Part shown: in pieces, positions 62,052 through 64,000 of the stretch
How positions within the stretch are numbered: position 1 is the first letter of the stretch
Layout: each line of letters opens with the position of its first letter
Assembly (NCBI GenBank): GCA_002633005.1
Contig: NMRA01000252.1
Span: 107,094-171,093 of the forward strand
Reading direction: 5' to 3'
Length of the DNA stretch: 64,000 nucleotides
From: Phoronis australis
Lineage: Eukaryota; Animalia; Phoronida
Made by a program: the position numbers and the translations under genes
Notes under the pieces: model-generated
Told to the model about the DNA's origin: nothing
Database searches by the model: none
The model's input: only the letters and a program-made list of their open reading frames with translations

Positions 62052-63077
62052 CATAACTACGTAAATGGGATCTAGTTGCACTGAAGTTTTCACGCACCAG
62101 TAAGACAAATAAAATTTGAGTGTGTGCTTAGTCCGCAACAATGCAGTCAAAAGCTCCTAGTTTCATTTTTCGTGTTTTTATTTGAAATCGATGTCACCAT
62201 TAATGGACGCTATACGCATGTAGAGAAGTTTTGTTTTGTTTTCAGGACCGATCGACACAACCGGACTCAATAGATAAATAACCTCAACGCCCGCTGCTGG
62301 GGGAAACACCACATTATGTCGGCACCAGGTCAATTTTAATTCCATATTCTTCACTGCAAAATATTTTATCTGAGAAAATTGAATAAAATCGGTTTGGCAT
62401 AGCTGTATCCTTTTCCCAAGCCTTCTGGGCGAATGTTGATTAATCATATCCATGAGGCAGCCTGGCATAAGGGGTCACAAGATAGACCTAACACCCACTT
62501 TGACATTATTTCTTCCGGAGAATGGAATCTGACTGTACTTTATCTTTAGATCGTGACCGACTTCATACGGAAAGTGCGTCTTGATGGGTTACTAGGACGA
62601 CAGCTCGTTAACACCAATTCTTTACACGATAACAAATACGGTTTCGGCCTATTAACATAAATTAAAAACGACTTTCATAATCATCCATTTCTCTGATGCT
62701 CTGTAGTCATAGACAACCCTCAAACACGTCTGTAGCAAATTTGAAAATCCTTACAACATCTGCTAAACAGGCAAGCGTGACCTACGCTAAAGGTGAGTAA
62801 CACAAGTGCAGCGAAAGACCACCCACCGAGATCGATAATATCTTATACGTGACTCAGATTGTATGAATTGTTAGTTGAATCCTGCTTTTATCAGACAAGT
62901 GAGACGCCGATGATGCATTAGGAGGTGACAGAACGAGCGTTGTTTGAAGTCACCAAAATGTGGTTTAGTATCCTTTTAACAACAAGACTTTGCGGTACCC
63001 GTACAGTTCACTTTATAGTAAGTATATAGACGCTGATGTTGGCAATAGTGAAACATATCAAGTAAAACAGGAAAGTC

Positions 63078-63200
63078 AGGAACCCCAAGTGGGAGTCGAA
63101 CCACAGGTCTCTAGGTTGCCGGTCTAGTGCTCTTACCACTGAGCTACTGAGGACCCTACATCTATGCAATTATTATTTGAAGCCAACTGTTATGTCACAT
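63078..63200 (-). mobile_element. tRNA-derived repeat (SINE-like)
   Basis: Minus strand tcctcagtagctcagtggtaagagcactagaccggcaacctagagacctgtggttcgactcccacttgggg has A and B boxes but mismatched stems; second copy at 12723. Confidence 0.65.
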
Positions 63201-63695
63201 ACTGGTAAATTGCTGATTATATAATTGTCGAAATCTCGTGTGAAAAAGCGATGCCACTCATGGGATGGATGATACTAACTTTTTGATTTTCAAAAACAAA
63301 TGCGCTTCAAATTTTAATGTGAATTGTCATTATTCCAACATCTGTATTTAAAAAAGACTTAAAATAAAGTGCTGCATCTGAAACTATTTAAAAATTTTTC
63401 AATCCTTAAGAGGCCTCCTCAGTTACCCCTACAGACGGTGAAAACCCACATACGCGCCTCTTAATCAGCACTGGGACTCGGAATAACCACTGAATATATT
63501 CACGACAAATTTTCCATCCAACGCAACCCTTGTGACGTAGAAATCAACAAAGGAAAACGTAAGCGTTGCATTATTCTCTTCAGTTTTTGTGTAATTGAGG
63601 AAGCTCAGGGTATACTGCCCTCGGTGCTGGTTACTCCAACTCGATGGTCGTGCAATAACAGCCAAGGCCTTGGTCAGGGGCTTGAACATCGCGAC

Positions 63696-64000
63696 ATGTT
63701 GGCTACACTCAGATCAAAGAACAATTCGGCCCAATATGACGTAGACGTTACAGAAGCAACAACGGCTGATCACAGAAAAATTCACAAAAAGAAGAAGAAA
63801 AAAGGTAAAAACAAAGAACCAACTGAAGACAAAGTTGAGGAATGTGCCGACGGAGTACAGCAAGACGTAGACATTGTGAAACAGGGTACTAAAAATAGCA
63901 GGAAGAAACACGGCAAAAGTGAAGACACAGAACACAAGGGGAACGAAACGGAATCAAATGTGAAAATGAACTTGGGACCAGCAACTGGTGAAAATGACGA
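63696..64000 (+). CDS. 5' part of an uncharacterised Lys/Glu-rich protein, truncated by the window end
   Basis: Frame is open from 63465 to the window end and reads MLATLRSKNNSAQYDVDVTEATTADHRKIHKKKKKKGKNKEPTEDKVEE...; absent from the ORF track because it has no stop. Confidence 0.6.
   Translation, partial: MLATLRSKNNSAQYDVDVTEATTADHRKIHKKKKKKGKNKEPTEDKVEECADGVQQDVDIVKQGTKNSRKKHGKSEDTEHKGNETESNVKMNLGPATGEND

Noticed and set aside
61631-62278. Selenocysteine reading of the junction-formed TGA
   Set aside because: No SECIS element recognised and no redox-motif context.
63080-63152. tRNA-Ala(GGC) gene
   Set aside because: Mismatches in the acceptor, anticodon and T stems, C at the U33 position, and a second degenerate copy; treated as a tRNA-derived repeat.

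Overview
Intron-rich, repeat-laden eukaryotic DNA, probably from an invertebrate animal (inferred from gene content and transposon types). It has one 739-N gap (57690-58428) and two single-N joins (43339, 54484). I could splice three conserved genes by hand: (1) a PDE10-like GAF-GAF phosphodiesterase on the minus strand, with only one coding intron and several catalytic-pocket substitutions including loss of the invariant glutamine; (2) an NBL1/DAN cystine-knot BMP antagonist with 4 exons and a long extra C-terminal tail, head-to-head with the PDE; (3) TTLL12 with 13 exons, whose exon 9 appears twice, most likely because two haplotypes were assembled in tandem. The last 9 kb hold a plus-strand cluster of ORFs I do not recognise: two Lys-rich basic proteins flanking two Cys/Gly-rich paralogues that share an unrecognised ~48-aa CxxC...LSPxxY...LC domain. 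Introns contain a decayed hAT element and related MITEs with 5-bp TSDs, other TIR elements, a THAP relic, a Penelope-like relic with a decayed hammerhead, tRNA-derived repeats and many minisatellites. No CRISPR array, rRNA or convincing intact tRNA gene was found. All comparisons to known proteins are from memory, not database searches.
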